A stretch of 64,000 nucleotides of DNA from the IMG/VR virus record IMGVR_UViG_3300044212_000089; one strand, 5' to 3'. Positions 37,162-46,605 of the stretch are shown piece by piece. Position numbers and translations under genes: made by a program. Below the pieces are notes generated by a model. The model saw nothing but the letters and a program-made list of their open reading frames with translations. It ran no database searches and was not told the origin of the DNA. Each line of letters opens with the position of its first letter. Position 1 is the first letter of the stretch. Source of the DNA: an uncultured virus (IMG/VR IMGVR_UViG_3300044212_000089) (lineage: Duplodnaviria > Heunggongvirae > Uroviricota > Caudoviricetes).

Positions 37162-39414
37162 TCACTTGTGCTCCTTCAGCCACGGATTGACGGCGTACTT
37201 GGGAAGCGGCGGTCTGCCTGTGCCGGAATACTTCTGAGGCTTCTGCGCGATGTACCCGTAGTCCTCAAGGAAGTCCAGCACTGGCTGGATGGAGTCGACC
37301 GTCTTGAAGGTGCGGCACATGCGCATCGCGGCACGCCTGTCGAAAGCGGTGAGCTTCCGCTCCTTGATGCGCTGCAGGATCATGTCCGCATTCCGGTACA
37401 TCGCATCCTCCGGCAGCACGGAGTACGCGGCCTGCGCGTGGTTCAGGAAGTAGCGGCCCAGCCGGATAGCGTCCGCCATCGTCTTGCCGGAGACCGTCAA
37501 CGCGCCGTGGGTGTCAAGGAAGTCGTGGCTCTGGTAGGTGCCAGCCCGGCAGAGGAGGCCGGACATGCGCAGCACGTTGCCGACGAGCTTTCCTGCCCAG
37601 TCGGCCATCTCTGCATAATCGGTCGTAAGCTTGGGCTCCAGCCAGTTCGCAAACGACTCAAGCTCAGAGTCCGCTTCCGGCGAGAGCGTTATAATCTGCG
37701 GCTTCGCCGGGTACTCGTCGTCCAGCAGGTTTACGACCAGACGCTCGTAGGCACGGTAGATGCCGTCGGTCACGGCCTCGCTCCGGTACCTGCGGCTTCC
37801 CACACTCGAGACCGGCATGCTGTAGAGGAACCTTGCGGTGAGGCCTCGTCCGCGGAAGGTCGTGTTGCTGAGGACAGCGGATACGACGTTCGGCTGCGCC
37901 ATCAGGAGGATGGTGAGCGCCGGGTCCATGATGCTTTCGCTGTCCCTGCCAATACGGTCGACGCGGATCGTGTCTCCCGAGTAGCCCTTGAGCATGACGT
38001 CGATGTTCACGTTCCGCGTGTAGATGCCGGAGAGCGTGTCGAAGATGCCGCCCTCACTGGAGATCAGCGAGGCGTGGCCGTGGTTGCTGGCGATGACGGA
38101 GACGAGCTTCTCGGTCGTAATATCATCCACATACAATTGCAGCGGATTCACTTCCTCGAAGTCGGCGACCTCCTGCGCGATGCGCTCAAGCTCCTCCGGA
38201 TCGGCGTTGCCCTTGGCGACCTTCTCCTCGAGGGCCTTCTGCCTGCGTTCCAGTACGCGCTTCTGCATGCGCCCGGCCTCGACCGCCGCGGCATTGGTCT
38301 TGTTGTATTCGACCTCGTAGTCGTTGACAGGCTGCAGCATCAGATGCAGCACCGAGGACTTCCTCTCCGAAGGCGGCGCAATCACGATCACATACGTGTT
38401 CAAGGGTTCCATCCAGTCGGACTTGCCCTGTATCCGGTACTTCTTCTGAAGACAGGTTGAGAGAACGGATATTGCGATCGAGCCCGCCATGTCGACGCTG
38501 GTCTGCGTGCTTTCCGCGACGGCGCGAACGTAGTCGGCTATTGAAGCTGGCAGGGCGTCGACCGGGAAGGGTGCCATCGTGTACCGTGAGAACGGCAGCG
38601 GCTCGTCCCAGCCGGGATTCGGATTGTTGTATTCCTGCGGGTTCACGTAGCCGGGCTGGCTTGCGATCTTCGCATAGTATTTCTGTGCGCTTCTCCAGAT
38701 GTGGTTCAGCTCCTCCGTGGAGAGCGGCGGCTGGCATTTCTCCGCTTCCGTGAAATACGCGTTCTTGGATTCCTCTGAATCGCCATAGCGTTTCATGGAG
38801 CGTACTGCCCAGTGGAACATCGTGTTGTTCCGGCTGCCCTCCGGAATCGTGGCCTGCTTCTCGTAGCCGCCCGGCATGTCCCTGTCGAACTCGTCGCCGA
38901 ACAGGAAGTCCGTGAGCGTCTTGCCTCCGGGATGGAACTCGACCTCCGGGTTCCTTGTCCCGTAGAGGAAGCGTGCCGCGTCGAGCGCATTCCCGTCCAA
39001 GTAGGGGAATATGTCGTGTAGGAGCTGCTTCAATGCGGCATACGCTTCGTAGTTTGAGATCGGGTCGATCTGGAAGAAGATGTGGAAGCGCGGCCTTGCG
39101 GATTTGCCGTCCTTGGGCCGGTTGTTGTGGCGGCTGTAGTGGACGGCGAAGAACACGCCGGGCAGCGCCGCCTCGATATCCCTTGGCGTCTTCCAGTCCG
39201 CCGGGTTCTCTGAGTGGTCGTTGTCGCAGTCGACCGGCAGGCAGTCCGAGGAGATGAAGTTCTCGTTGCCGCGGTAGTTGTTCCTGTACTTGGCGCACAC
39301 GTGGTCGTGCGAGACGGCTTTCCTGAAGCTCGCCTCGTCGGTGACCTGGACTAGGTGCGGGTAGGTGCAGTTGGATTCCTGCTGGTAGGCGTCGGACGTA
39401 TAGATGGTGAACAT
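37162..39414 (-). CDS. Primase-like N-terminus, PriCT and DUF3987/YfjI-type helicase
   Basis: DCDND, SRHN, RFHIFF; IPEGSRN; PSERKS; SSEGG; GLTARF. Confidence 0.8.
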   Translation of the reverse strand: MFTIYTSDAYQQESNCTYPHLVQVTDEASFRKAVSHDHVCAKYRNNYRGNENFISSDCLPVDCDNDHSENPADWKTPRDIEAALPGVFFAVHYSRHNNRPKDGKSARPRFHIFFQIDPISNYEAYAALKQLLHDIFPYLDGNALDAARFLYGTRNPEVEFHPGGKTLTDFLFGDEFDRDMPGGYEKQATIPEGSRNNTMFHWAVRSMKRYGDSEESKNAYFTEAEKCQPPLSTEELNHIWRSAQKYYAKIASQPGYVNPQEYNNPNPGWDEPLPFSRYTMAPFPVDALPASIADYVRAVAESTQTSVDMAGSIAISVLSTCLQKKYRIQGKSDWMEPLNTYVIVIAPPSERKSSVLHLMLQPVNDYEVEYNKTNAAAVEAGRMQKRVLERRQKALEEKVAKGNADPEELERIAQEVADFEEVNPLQLYVDDITTEKLVSVIASNHGHASLISSEGGIFDTLSGIYTRNVNIDVMLKGYSGDTIRVDRIGRDSESIMDPALTILLMAQPNVVSAVLSNTTFRGRGLTARFLYSMPVSSVGSRRYRSEAVTDGIYRAYERLVVNLLDDEYPAKPQIITLSPEADSELESFANWLEPKLTTDYAEMADWAGKLVGNVLRMSGLLCRAGTYQSHDFLDTHGALTVSGKTMADAIRLGRYFLNHAQAAYSVLPEDAMYRNADMILQRIKERKLTAFDRRAAMRMCRTFKTVDSIQPVLDFLEDYGYIAQKPQKYSGTGRPPLPKYAVNPWLKEHK

Positions 39415-39836
39415 CAGTCGTACACCTCCTTCAGATCCTCCGTGAAGTAGCGGAGGCGATGGCCTTTCCATCTGGCTCGCCGGATCTCCGCAGCCATGCC
39501 GCGAGAAATGTGTCTTCCGAACACCCAGACCTCCGTACACTTGCTCATCAGCGCATTGCCGAAGAACAATCCGAGCTCACGCTCAGTCGGATCGGTGTCG
39601 TCAAGGAACTGCGGAAACAGCAGATGCGGCGCAATCGGAATGTATCCCTGTTCGACTGCGAACCGGCAGTAGCGGCGTGCGGCCTCCACGTTGTGTTTGA
39701 TGTCTCCTGCGTATGGCGAGCAGACGTAGATGATGGGCCGGAACGCGCGGAGCGCCTTGCGTTCCGCCATTTCGATGCGGCTCAAGGCCTCGCAGCATGT
39801 CGGGTCCGGATAGCCCTCAAAGTTTCTGTAATCCAA
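39414..39836 (-). CDS. Conserved phage protein (DUF4406 / nucleoside deoxyribosyltransferase-like fold)
   Basis: YVCSPYAG, PIAPHL, EVWVFG, SRGMAAE. Confidence 0.75.
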   Translation of the reverse strand: MDYRNFEGYPDPTCCEALSRIEMAERKALRAFRPIIYVCSPYAGDIKHNVEAARRYCRFAVEQGYIPIAPHLLFPQFLDDTDPTERELGLFFGNALMSKCTEVWVFGRHISRGMAAEIRRARWKGHRLRYFTEDLKEVYD

Positions 39837-39895
39837 ACCGGTATCCTCCTTTCAAAAATTCAGGCGGACAAAACAAAGCGGCCCGCCTCTACTTC

Positions 39896-39926
39896 CCACT
39901 GGAGGAGACGGACCGCTTTTGACGAA
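39896..39926 (-). promoter_or_regulatory. Class B promoter-like motif (TTCGTCAAAA-N12-CTCCAGTGG)
   Basis: Same boxes and spacing as 44433-44463. Confidence 0.65.
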
Positions 39927-39932
39927 ACAGAT

Positions 39933-41930
39933 TCAGTCTTTCTTATAGAAATCGCAGACGTAACCGTCCGCGCGGAGCACCAGACCGTCCGCCCACGCAG
40001 GGACGCGTCCCATCTGCTCGCACAAGGTGTCAAGCGATACGCGCGGATCGGCTTCGATAACCAGCTCGTCGTGGATATGCATGCAGACGTCGCAATGACG
40101 GAGCATCTTCATCGAATTGCACAGAATGTCGCGGCTTGTGGCCTGCACGATGTTCTCCACGAACTTCGGGCCGTACGATTCGAGGCGTTCCCATTTCTTC
40201 GTGCCGCCCACGCCCTCATAGGTGATGCACTCGCCGCCGAAACGGTTCATGCCGACCTTCGGCTTCACATAGGCGAGGTTCCGCCCGGAGGGCAGGGTGA
40301 TGAACAGCATGCCCGCCTGCCAGAAGAAGGCGAGCCTGCCGAGCCGGGTGGTTTTGTGGTTTTTCACGGCAGCCATGACGGCCTTGTCGACGTCCCACCA
40401 GAACTTCACGATCTGCTGGTTCGCGTCACGCCATGAGGAGACGATGTCCGGAAGCTCATCCTCCGACAGGCCCATTTCGAGTGCGCCCATCGCCTTCAAA
40501 GCGCCGGTCGAGCCGCCGTAGCCGCACGCCAGTTCAGCGATCTTGCCCTTGGCGCGAAGCTCGCCGTTTACGCCGTGCTTGACGACCGGCTTGTGGAACA
40601 TGCGTCTTGCCGTCGAGCAGTAGATGTCCTCGCCGTTCGCGAACGCGTCGGACTTCCATTTTTCGCCTGCGTACCATGCGATGACGCGTGCCTCGATGGC
40701 GGAGAAGTCCGCCACGTAGAACCGGCAGCCGTCCTTCGGAATGAAGGCAGTGCGGATAAGCTGGCTGAGTGTGTCCGGGACATCCTCGTAGATCATCTTC
40801 ACGGCCTCGTAGTCGCCGGACTTCACAAGCGCCCTTGCAGCATCCAGGTCAGGCAGATGGTTCTGCGGCAGATTCTGAAGCTGGATGAGCCGTCCGGCCC
40901 AGCGGCCTGTGCGATTCGCGCCGTAGAACATGAACATGCCGCGAGCACGGCTATCGGAGCATACGGCGCGCTGCATGGTCTGGTATTTCTTCACGCTGGA
41001 TTTCGCAAGCTGCTGCCGGAGTTCCAGCACTTCGGTGAGTTCAGGTGGCGCGGTTTTGAGCAGGGCTGTCACTGCTTTTTTGCCGAGGCTGTCGACCTCC
41101 ATGCCGTTGTCGGAGAGCCACTGCTTCATCTGCTGGACGCTGTTCGGATTCTCCAGATTCGTAATCGCCTGCATCTTCTCTGTCAGCTCGCTGCGGGAGC
41201 GGGTGTCCATGTCGATGGCCTTCTCCACGAGATCCATGTCGATGCGCACGCCTCGGTCGTTGATCTCCTGGTCGATGTGGTACTCGTCCCACACGAAGTC
41301 CGGCACCGGGAAGCTCCGCAGTTTCCTTTGGATCATCATCTCGACCTCGACGTCGCGCTGGTTGTACTTCTTGAATGTCGCCCATTTGCCGGGATCATCC
41401 GATGGCAGGTTCCGAGTGCGTCCGCCGTTCGCCTTGGTGGGTGCGCAGGGGACGGAGAAGTATTTGATGAGGGCCTTGCCTTCATCCATCTTCTGGTCGG
41501 CAAGCTGCAGGACTGCGCCGACGCCTTTCAAGCTGAGAGGGAGTCCCATTGTCGCCGCCCAGACCATCGAGCAGCGCCAGCCCTCCGGATTCAGGAACCG
41601 GGCATGCTCCAATGACAGCGGATGATTGTCATGGAACGGGTCAAGGCCCCGGCCCATGTCCCGCAGGTAGCGCGACAGGCAGACGCGTTCGAAGTTTGCG
41701 TTAAATGCCCATTTGAGAACCGTGTCATCGGTCAGCGCGTCGAGGATGTCCTCCGGGATCTTTTCACCGCAGGCAAGGTCGACGACTTTAACCGGGCCTC
41801 CGTCCACGCTGTAGCCGAACAGGAGAATCTCGAAGGCAGGCGAACTGCAATAGCGATAAACGCCGCATTTGCCAAGATCGACGTCGCTGAACGTCTCGAT
41901 ATCTATGCTGATTGTCTTCACATTTTTCAC
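39933..41930 (-). CDS. Phage DNA polymerase, family A
   Basis: DIET exonuclease motif, RTGRW, DFSAIEAR, GKIAELACGYG, HIHDE. Confidence 0.95.
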   Translation of the reverse strand: MKNVKTISIDIETFSDVDLGKCGVYRYCSSPAFEILLFGYSVDGGPVKVVDLACGEKIPEDILDALTDDTVLKWAFNANFERVCLSRYLRDMGRGLDPFHDNHPLSLEHARFLNPEGWRCSMVWAATMGLPLSLKGVGAVLQLADQKMDEGKALIKYFSVPCAPTKANGGRTRNLPSDDPGKWATFKKYNQRDVEVEMMIQRKLRSFPVPDFVWDEYHIDQEINDRGVRIDMDLVEKAIDMDTRSRSELTEKMQAITNLENPNSVQQMKQWLSDNGMEVDSLGKKAVTALLKTAPPELTEVLELRQQLAKSSVKKYQTMQRAVCSDSRARGMFMFYGANRTGRWAGRLIQLQNLPQNHLPDLDAARALVKSGDYEAVKMIYEDVPDTLSQLIRTAFIPKDGCRFYVADFSAIEARVIAWYAGEKWKSDAFANGEDIYCSTARRMFHKPVVKHGVNGELRAKGKIAELACGYGGSTGALKAMGALEMGLSEDELPDIVSSWRDANQQIVKFWWDVDKAVMAAVKNHKTTRLGRLAFFWQAGMLFITLPSGRNLAYVKPKVGMNRFGGECITYEGVGGTKKWERLESYGPKFVENIVQATSRDILCNSMKMLRHCDVCMHIHDELVIEADPRVSLDTLCEQMGRVPAWADGLVLRADGYVCDFYKKD

Positions 41931-41999
41931 CTCAATTCACGAATAAGGCGGCAGGGAGATAGGTCCCTGCCGCCCGCCAACAGCTTTATGTTCTGTGGA

Positions 42000-42197
42000 T
42001 TAGCTGCGATGCGCTTCGAGTTCCTTCATGCGGCGCTCGTGGTACTCCTTGTCGCGCTCCTCCTGATGGAGCCTGAGTTCCTTGTCCTCCCGGTAGGAGC
42101 GGGCGCTCGTGACCGAGATGATGATCAGGAGCGCGATGCCGCTGAGGCCGAGCAGGTCGTAGATGATGCAGAGAATCATGTTCATGATGGTTTCCAT
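42000..42197 (-). CDS. Small membrane protein
   Basis: RBS GGAGG; hydrophobic N-terminus, charged tail. Confidence 0.65.
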   Translation of the reverse strand: METIMNMILCIIYDLLGLSGIALLIIISVTSARSYREDKELRLHQEERDKEYHERRMKELEAHRS

Positions 42198-42209
42198 TGG
42201 CTTGCCTCC

Positions 42210-42785
42210 TTAGTTCAGGAAATCGTCGTCGTTGTCGGTTGTGAAATCCGCGAAGTCGGATTCTGCGCTGGCCTTGCTGCCGAGCGGCTCGCCATCACGG
42301 ATCTTCTGCAGGTTGTTCAGGCCGCAGGCGATGCCGCGGTTCCCGGAGGAGTTGAACGCGTAGAACGTGATGCTGGCTCTGCCGTACACGCCGGAGTACA
42401 CCTCGCTGCGGGAAAGAATCGGATTCAGGTCCGCGTCCACGATGCCCGGAGCGGTCGTTGCGTTCGCATTCACGAAGTAGGAGCCGCGGTAGGCCTCGTC
42501 GTCCGGACGCTCCGCGTCGCCGTCACGAAGCGGCGTCTTGATCACGGACAGCGCGGGAACGGACTTGCTGTTGCCCTTGAGCTTGGCTTCGCCCTCCTTA
42601 TAGGCAGCCTCGATGGCGGCCTTGACCTTGGCGACCGTCACGGTGTCGGACTTCGGGATGATGAGGCTTACGCTGTATTTCGGGGTTCCGCCGTTGATTG
42701 ACTTCGGCTCCCAGACGTTCGCGTAGGACCAGCGGGTGTTCGGTCCAGTGATGACTTTCATCGGGTTAGCGATTCTTCTACTCAT
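42210..42785 (-). CDS. DUF2815 ssDNA-binding protein
   Basis: RWSYANVWEP, PLRDGD, YSGVY; acidic tail DDDFLN. Confidence 0.88.
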   Translation of the reverse strand: MSRRIANPMKVITGPNTRWSYANVWEPKSINGGTPKYSVSLIIPKSDTVTVAKVKAAIEAAYKEGEAKLKGNSKSVPALSVIKTPLRDGDAERPDDEAYRGSYFVNANATTAPGIVDADLNPILSRSEVYSGVYGRASITFYAFNSSGNRGIACGLNNLQKIRDGEPLGSKASAESDFADFTTDNDDDFLN

Positions 42786-43920
42786 GATCTTTTTCCTCCT
42801 TGAAATCGTTTTTTGCTGTGTTCATGGCCGGGCGCTTGTCGCTGTCCGGCACGAGTGTTGGCTTGCCCTGCGGTTTTTCGATATATGCCGACAGGAGTTC
42901 ATCGAATCGGGATTTGCCGAGAAGCCTCTGCATGGCCGTGATGCCGAGGAGCTTCCTCTCGTACGGGTCGTATCCGGCGTCGGTGACCGCCTTGGCGACG
43001 GATGCCTCGCTGGTGTATTTGCGGACGGATCGTCCCTCGACCAGTTTGAAGCCGTGCCATTCCTTACCGGAAAGCGCCTGCTGGAGCGCGTACTCCTTGA
43101 TGTCGGACGCCCACGAGACCAGACCGTCCACCTTGGAGAGGACAATCTCGATCTCCGTGTCAGAGAGCTCCGGCGGGAGCTTGAAATCGTGCTGCGCGAG
43201 CTTCAGGTACTCCTCGGCCCGGGCGCGGCAGATGCTCTTCGCCTTGCAGAACCGGCACCAGTCGCCGCAGGAGAATTCTCCCTTGCCGTCCCACGCAAGA
43301 TCCGCGGCGGGCTTCAGGACCTCTGCGGCCCAGGTGAGAAGATCCGTTTTCGGAATCCCCCATTCGCTGATGTTTGCGCGTCTCGGCTGGTAGATATGCA
43401 GCGCGACGTCAGTGATGTCGTAGATGCCGTCGAAAAGCTCCAAGGCACCCAGCGAGTAGCATTTGAGCTGCGGATTGTCCTCCGCCGACACGGCGATGCC
43501 GGTGCCGTACTTCAGATCGATGATCCGGAGCGTGCCGTCCGCGATGATCAGCGCATCGGATGTGCCGAAGCCCTGTCTCACCCAGCGGGAGTAGTCCACG
43601 CGCTGCTCGACCAGAACAACCGGATCAGAGCAGGCCTCTTTTGCGGCCTCGACCTTTTCCAGTACGTAGCTGACATAGCCGTCTGTTGCTTCCTCCATCT
43701 CCTCGTTGTAGAAGGCGAGGTCCTCGGTCGGGTCCTGTGCCGGGTAGCCGAGCGCCTTGCGGAGCTTGTATTCGGCGAGCGCGTGAGCGCAGGTGCCTTC
43801 CAGTGCGTAGTCGCTTCCTTTGTCCTCGAATCCCTCGCTAAGCCGTACCGACGGCGGGCAGTGAATCCACCGGTCGGAGCTTGATGCGGAGAGGACCGCA
43901 TGCTGTCTTTCAGAATTCAT
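42778..43920 (-). CDS. DUF2800 PD-(D/E)xK nuclease
   Basis: HAVLSASS..W..CPPS, FGTSD, IDLKYG, WCRFC. Confidence 0.88.
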   Translation of the reverse strand: MNSERQHAVLSASSSDRWIHCPPSVRLSEGFEDKGSDYALEGTCAHALAEYKLRKALGYPAQDPTEDLAFYNEEMEEATDGYVSYVLEKVEAAKEACSDPVVLVEQRVDYSRWVRQGFGTSDALIIADGTLRIIDLKYGTGIAVSAEDNPQLKCYSLGALELFDGIYDITDVALHIYQPRRANISEWGIPKTDLLTWAAEVLKPAADLAWDGKGEFSCGDWCRFCKAKSICRARAEEYLKLAQHDFKLPPELSDTEIEIVLSKVDGLVSWASDIKEYALQQALSGKEWHGFKLVEGRSVRKYTSEASVAKAVTDAGYDPYERKLLGITAMQRLLGKSRFDELLSAYIEKPQGKPTLVPDSDKRPAMNTAKNDFKEEKDHE

Positions 43921-44242
43921 TGAGTCCCTCCACATCAAAGAGCAGGGCCTCGTAGTCCTTCGGATCGACAGCCGACAGCTTGCTCGCACCGTACTTGTGG
44001 AGCAGCTCGCGGATCTGCGCCGTATAGCCTGCGCGCGACCGTTCGGCGAGAACCTTCCTCACATCCTCCAGCTTCAGCTCCTTCTTCGGCTCAGGCTCGG
44101 CCTGCGTCTCTTCAGGCTGCGGAGCGGGTCCCTCGTCGTTGCCGGAGAACTGCTGGTAGAGCCAGTCGGCCGCGCTGTTAATAGCAGCGGCGGCATCGCG
44201 CAGTTCCTTGATGGTCTGATCCATTTCTGCCATTTTTGACAT
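43910..44242 (-). CDS. Conserved phage replication-module protein
   Basis: LEDVRKVLA...KYGASKLS. Confidence 0.8.
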   Translation of the reverse strand: MSKMAEMDQTIKELRDAAAAINSAADWLYQQFSGNDEGPAPQPEETQAEPEPKKELKLEDVRKVLAERSRAGYTAQIRELLHKYGASKLSAVDPKDYEALLFDVEGLNEF

Positions 44243-44384
44243 TCTCTTTGCCTCCTTCCAATGGTTGTCTGTCTGCGGCAAGGATCGAGAGGTTCCTTGC
44301 CAGTCTTGCGGATACATGGCTTATCGCGATAAGAACGGCGATAACCTCGGTGTCCGCGGGACTTCTGTTGCGTGTCGTGTTCAT
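44178..44384 (-). CDS. Small hypothetical protein
   Basis: RBS GGAGG; LIAISHVSARLARNL. Confidence 0.55.
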   Translation of the reverse strand: MNTTRNRSPADTEVIAVLIAISHVSARLARNLSILAADRQPLEGGKENVKNGRNGSDHQGTARCRRCY

Positions 44385-44432
44385 CACGTTTCCTCCAATC
44401 CGGAGCATCTGTTTTCGTGCTCCTTACACTTC

Positions 44433-44463
44433 CCACTGGAGGCGGGCGGGCCGTTTTGACGAA
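44433..44463 (-). promoter_or_regulatory. Class B promoter-like motif
   Basis: TTCGTCAAAA-N12-CTCCAGTGG at the head of the replication operon. Confidence 0.65.
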
Positions 44464-44482
44464 GGGAAAAGAAGAATTTCAG

Positions 44483-44518
44483 AAAAAAGCTCCGGCCACC
44501 ACGATGGGCAGCCGGAGC
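44483..44518 (-). terminator. Terminator after the sigma-like gene
   Basis: GCTCCGGC...GCCGGAGC plus T6. Confidence 0.7.
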
Positions 44519-44525
44519 CGCATGA

Positions 44526-45026
44526 TTAGAACCAGTCGGGGAACTCCTGAGACAGCTTCCCCTCGGCCTTCTTCAGACGGGACAGGAACGTCGTGCGCTT
44601 GATGCCGACGATGTCGGCGATGGCCTCGTCGGAGAGGCCTTCCTCGCGGAGCTCTCCGATACGCTTGGCCTCCGGCATGAGCTCCTGCAGACGCTCGAAC
44701 AGCTGGTCCAGCTCCGCCTTCTCGGAAAGCACCTCTTCAATAAGAGGAGCGCCGTCCGGAACGTAATCGGCGAGCGTTCCTTCGCCGTCAGGCAGTGGAT
44801 CGTCAAGAGAGACGGTCGTGTTGTTGCGGAATTCGCAGTCGAGGCAGTTGCCGTCGCACAGCCACCATTTGCTGCGCGGGCAGAAGCACTCGCCGCGATA
44901 CTGCATGCGTTTCCTCAGCGCCGTGCGCCAGCGGTCGTACTCGCGATACTGGTCCTCCGGGATCTCGTACCACTGCTTGGTGGTCTTGTCGTAGATGCGT
45001 TTACTCTGATTGTCATTGGTTTTCAT
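44526..45026 (-). CDS. Sigma-70 region-4-like phage regulator with Cys motif
   Basis: CFCP...CDGNCLDC; SLD; GLSDEAIADIVGIKRTTF HTH. Confidence 0.8.
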   Translation of the reverse strand: MKTNDNQSKRIYDKTTKQWYEIPEDQYREYDRWRTALRKRMQYRGECFCPRSKWWLCDGNCLDCEFRNNTTVSLDDPLPDGEGTLADYVPDGAPLIEEVLSEKAELDQLFERLQELMPEAKRIGELREEGLSDEAIADIVGIKRTTFLSRLKKAEGKLSQEFPDWF

Positions 45027-45068
45027 GCGCGATACCTCCGTTCGCTTCTCCCGAACCGGAGGCCGCAC

Positions 45069-45133
45069 AAAAAAGGAGCGTGACAGGCCAGACGGAACGG
45101 GAATTAACTCGTTTCGTTCGGCCAGCCACGCTC
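45069..45133 (-). terminator. Long leader hairpin with T-tail (attenuator-like)
   Basis: GAGCGTGGCTGGCC...GGCCTGTCACGCTC followed by T6, upstream of the sigma-like gene. Confidence 0.65.
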
Positions 45134-45316
45134 GTAGACTGGTTTTTTATTCATTTGTGACCGCTACAACTGCTCGAGCCACCTCTGTGCACCGGGGTGA
45201 ACGGCTATGGCGGTGAGCCTTTTAACGCCTTGCTCAGGGCAAATCCGAACCTCCTAACATATGGAGCTCTGCGGGCTGTTTTGTAGCCCTTTTTCGATAT
45301 GTTTCATAGGAGATTC

Positions 45317-45508
45317 TCAGTTGTCGTTAATCATCAGCTCCAGATCGCCGAACACTTCCTCGTAATAGGAAGGGCAGAGATCGTCGAAGCAGGTCGCGTC
45401 GTAGCGCTGAAACACGCCATCGACAGCTGCCTCTCCGTAGATGGAGCAGACCTGGTCAGCATCGTTCTCGATATTGATGCGCCACATTTCTCTATCGTCG
45501 TGAGTCAC
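45317..45508 (-). CDS. Small acidic hypothetical protein
   Basis: RBS GGAGGTG; first gene of the leftward unit. Confidence 0.65.
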   Translation of the reverse strand: MTHDDREMWRINIENDADQVCSIYGEAAVDGVFQRYDATCFDDLCPSYYEEVFGDLELMINDN

Positions 45509-45681
45509 TGTCTCACCTCCATTTGTTTGCCTGTATTTGTCGATTCATGTATGTTTGACGCTTCTGAAATCTGATACTGTTGATTTGTTTATAAAGAACT
45601 CGTATAATTAATTCCAGAGGTCTGTCTTTTGTTGTCTTCAGGGCCCGTTCGATCAACTGACCTTATTGTCGAATGACAGTT

Positions 45682-45742
45682 AGGTCCTGAAAAAGGGAGG
45701 CACGCAGCAAATCAGGTCTTGCAGGTCCTGAATCAGGTCCTG
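45682..45742. repeat. Operator-like direct repeats (C)AGGTCYTG x4
   Basis: Copies at 45682, 45713, 45722 and 45734 in the divergent intergenic region. Confidence 0.7.
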
Positions 45743-45747
45743 AGGAG

Positions 45748-46605
45748 GTGATCAGTATTAAGAGCAACGAATTTCTCAATAAGCTGTATGGCTTTTTAGA
45801 TAATCAGCGGAATCAAGGAACCTATATCATCGAGTTCTTCAATGCTGCTGGAAGCCATTATTTTGTGATGCCTCTTGCATATAAGAACAGGACAAATGAA
45901 GCTCTTGAAGGCGAGAGGCATTATGCCAAGGACAGACCGCTCATCCCGGAAATAAAGGAGTCGTTCCCGAATCCGATTAACCTGGATGGGCTTGCTGCAT
46001 TCATTGACAAGAACCTGCCCGCCAACAAGCTCACAGCCTGCATGGCGGAGTTCGGAATTCCTTCTGGAGCGCAACTGGACAAGGCCAAGTTCGCTCATGC
46101 TCTTGCAGCACAGTTCAGTCTGTTCGTGACAACTCCCGGTGACGACGTTGACAACGCAGTCTGGGAGATGTATCAGACGCTTCTGGCAGGGCAACCGATA
46201 TCTGCAGATGACATAAGCGGCCCTCGGTATGCTGGCGATGATGTTATGGTTGAATTCGGCGGCAGGCGTCATGAAGCGGACTGCTATGAGATCATTCACC
46301 ACGAATGGAAATTACAGAACTGTGGAACATGTGAATGGCATGACCGGAAGCTGGTTCTGGCGAATCAGACAGAAATACATCCTCGGCCGGCTCAGACCGT
46401 TATTCCGGTACCGGATACAGGGCCGGGCGAATTTACAAAAATAGCCACAGACATAGATGTCCGTGGCTTCGAGGGAAACTTCGAATGCAAGTGGGAAATG
46501 CAGGATGCTGATGGAGAGAACTGCTTTCCGAATAAGCGGTGGGATTTCAATATAAGGATTCAGGTGACGTTCCATACGTCGGACGAAGGAGACACGCGTG
46601 GATAA
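45748..46605 (+). CDS. Putative regulator with C-terminal NBR1-like Ig (FW) domain
   Basis: WKLQNCGTCEW...PDTGPGE...KWEMQDADG..CFP. Confidence 0.65.
   Translation: MISIKSNEFLNKLYGFLDNQRNQGTYIIEFFNAAGSHYFVMPLAYKNRTNEALEGERHYAKDRPLIPEIKESFPNPINLDGLAAFIDKNLPANKLTACMAEFGIPSGAQLDKAKFAHALAAQFSLFVTTPGDDVDNAVWEMYQTLLAGQPISADDISGPRYAGDDVMVEFGGRRHEADCYEIIHHEWKLQNCGTCEWHDRKLVLANQTEIHPRPAQTVIPVPDTGPGEFTKIATDIDVRGFEGNFECKWEMQDADGENCFPNKRWDFNIRIQVTFHTSDEGDTRG

Noticed and set aside
42778..43920. Cas4-like nuclease suggesting CRISPR
   Set aside because: Standard phage replication gene beside SSB and PolA; no repeat-spacer array or other cas genes seen.
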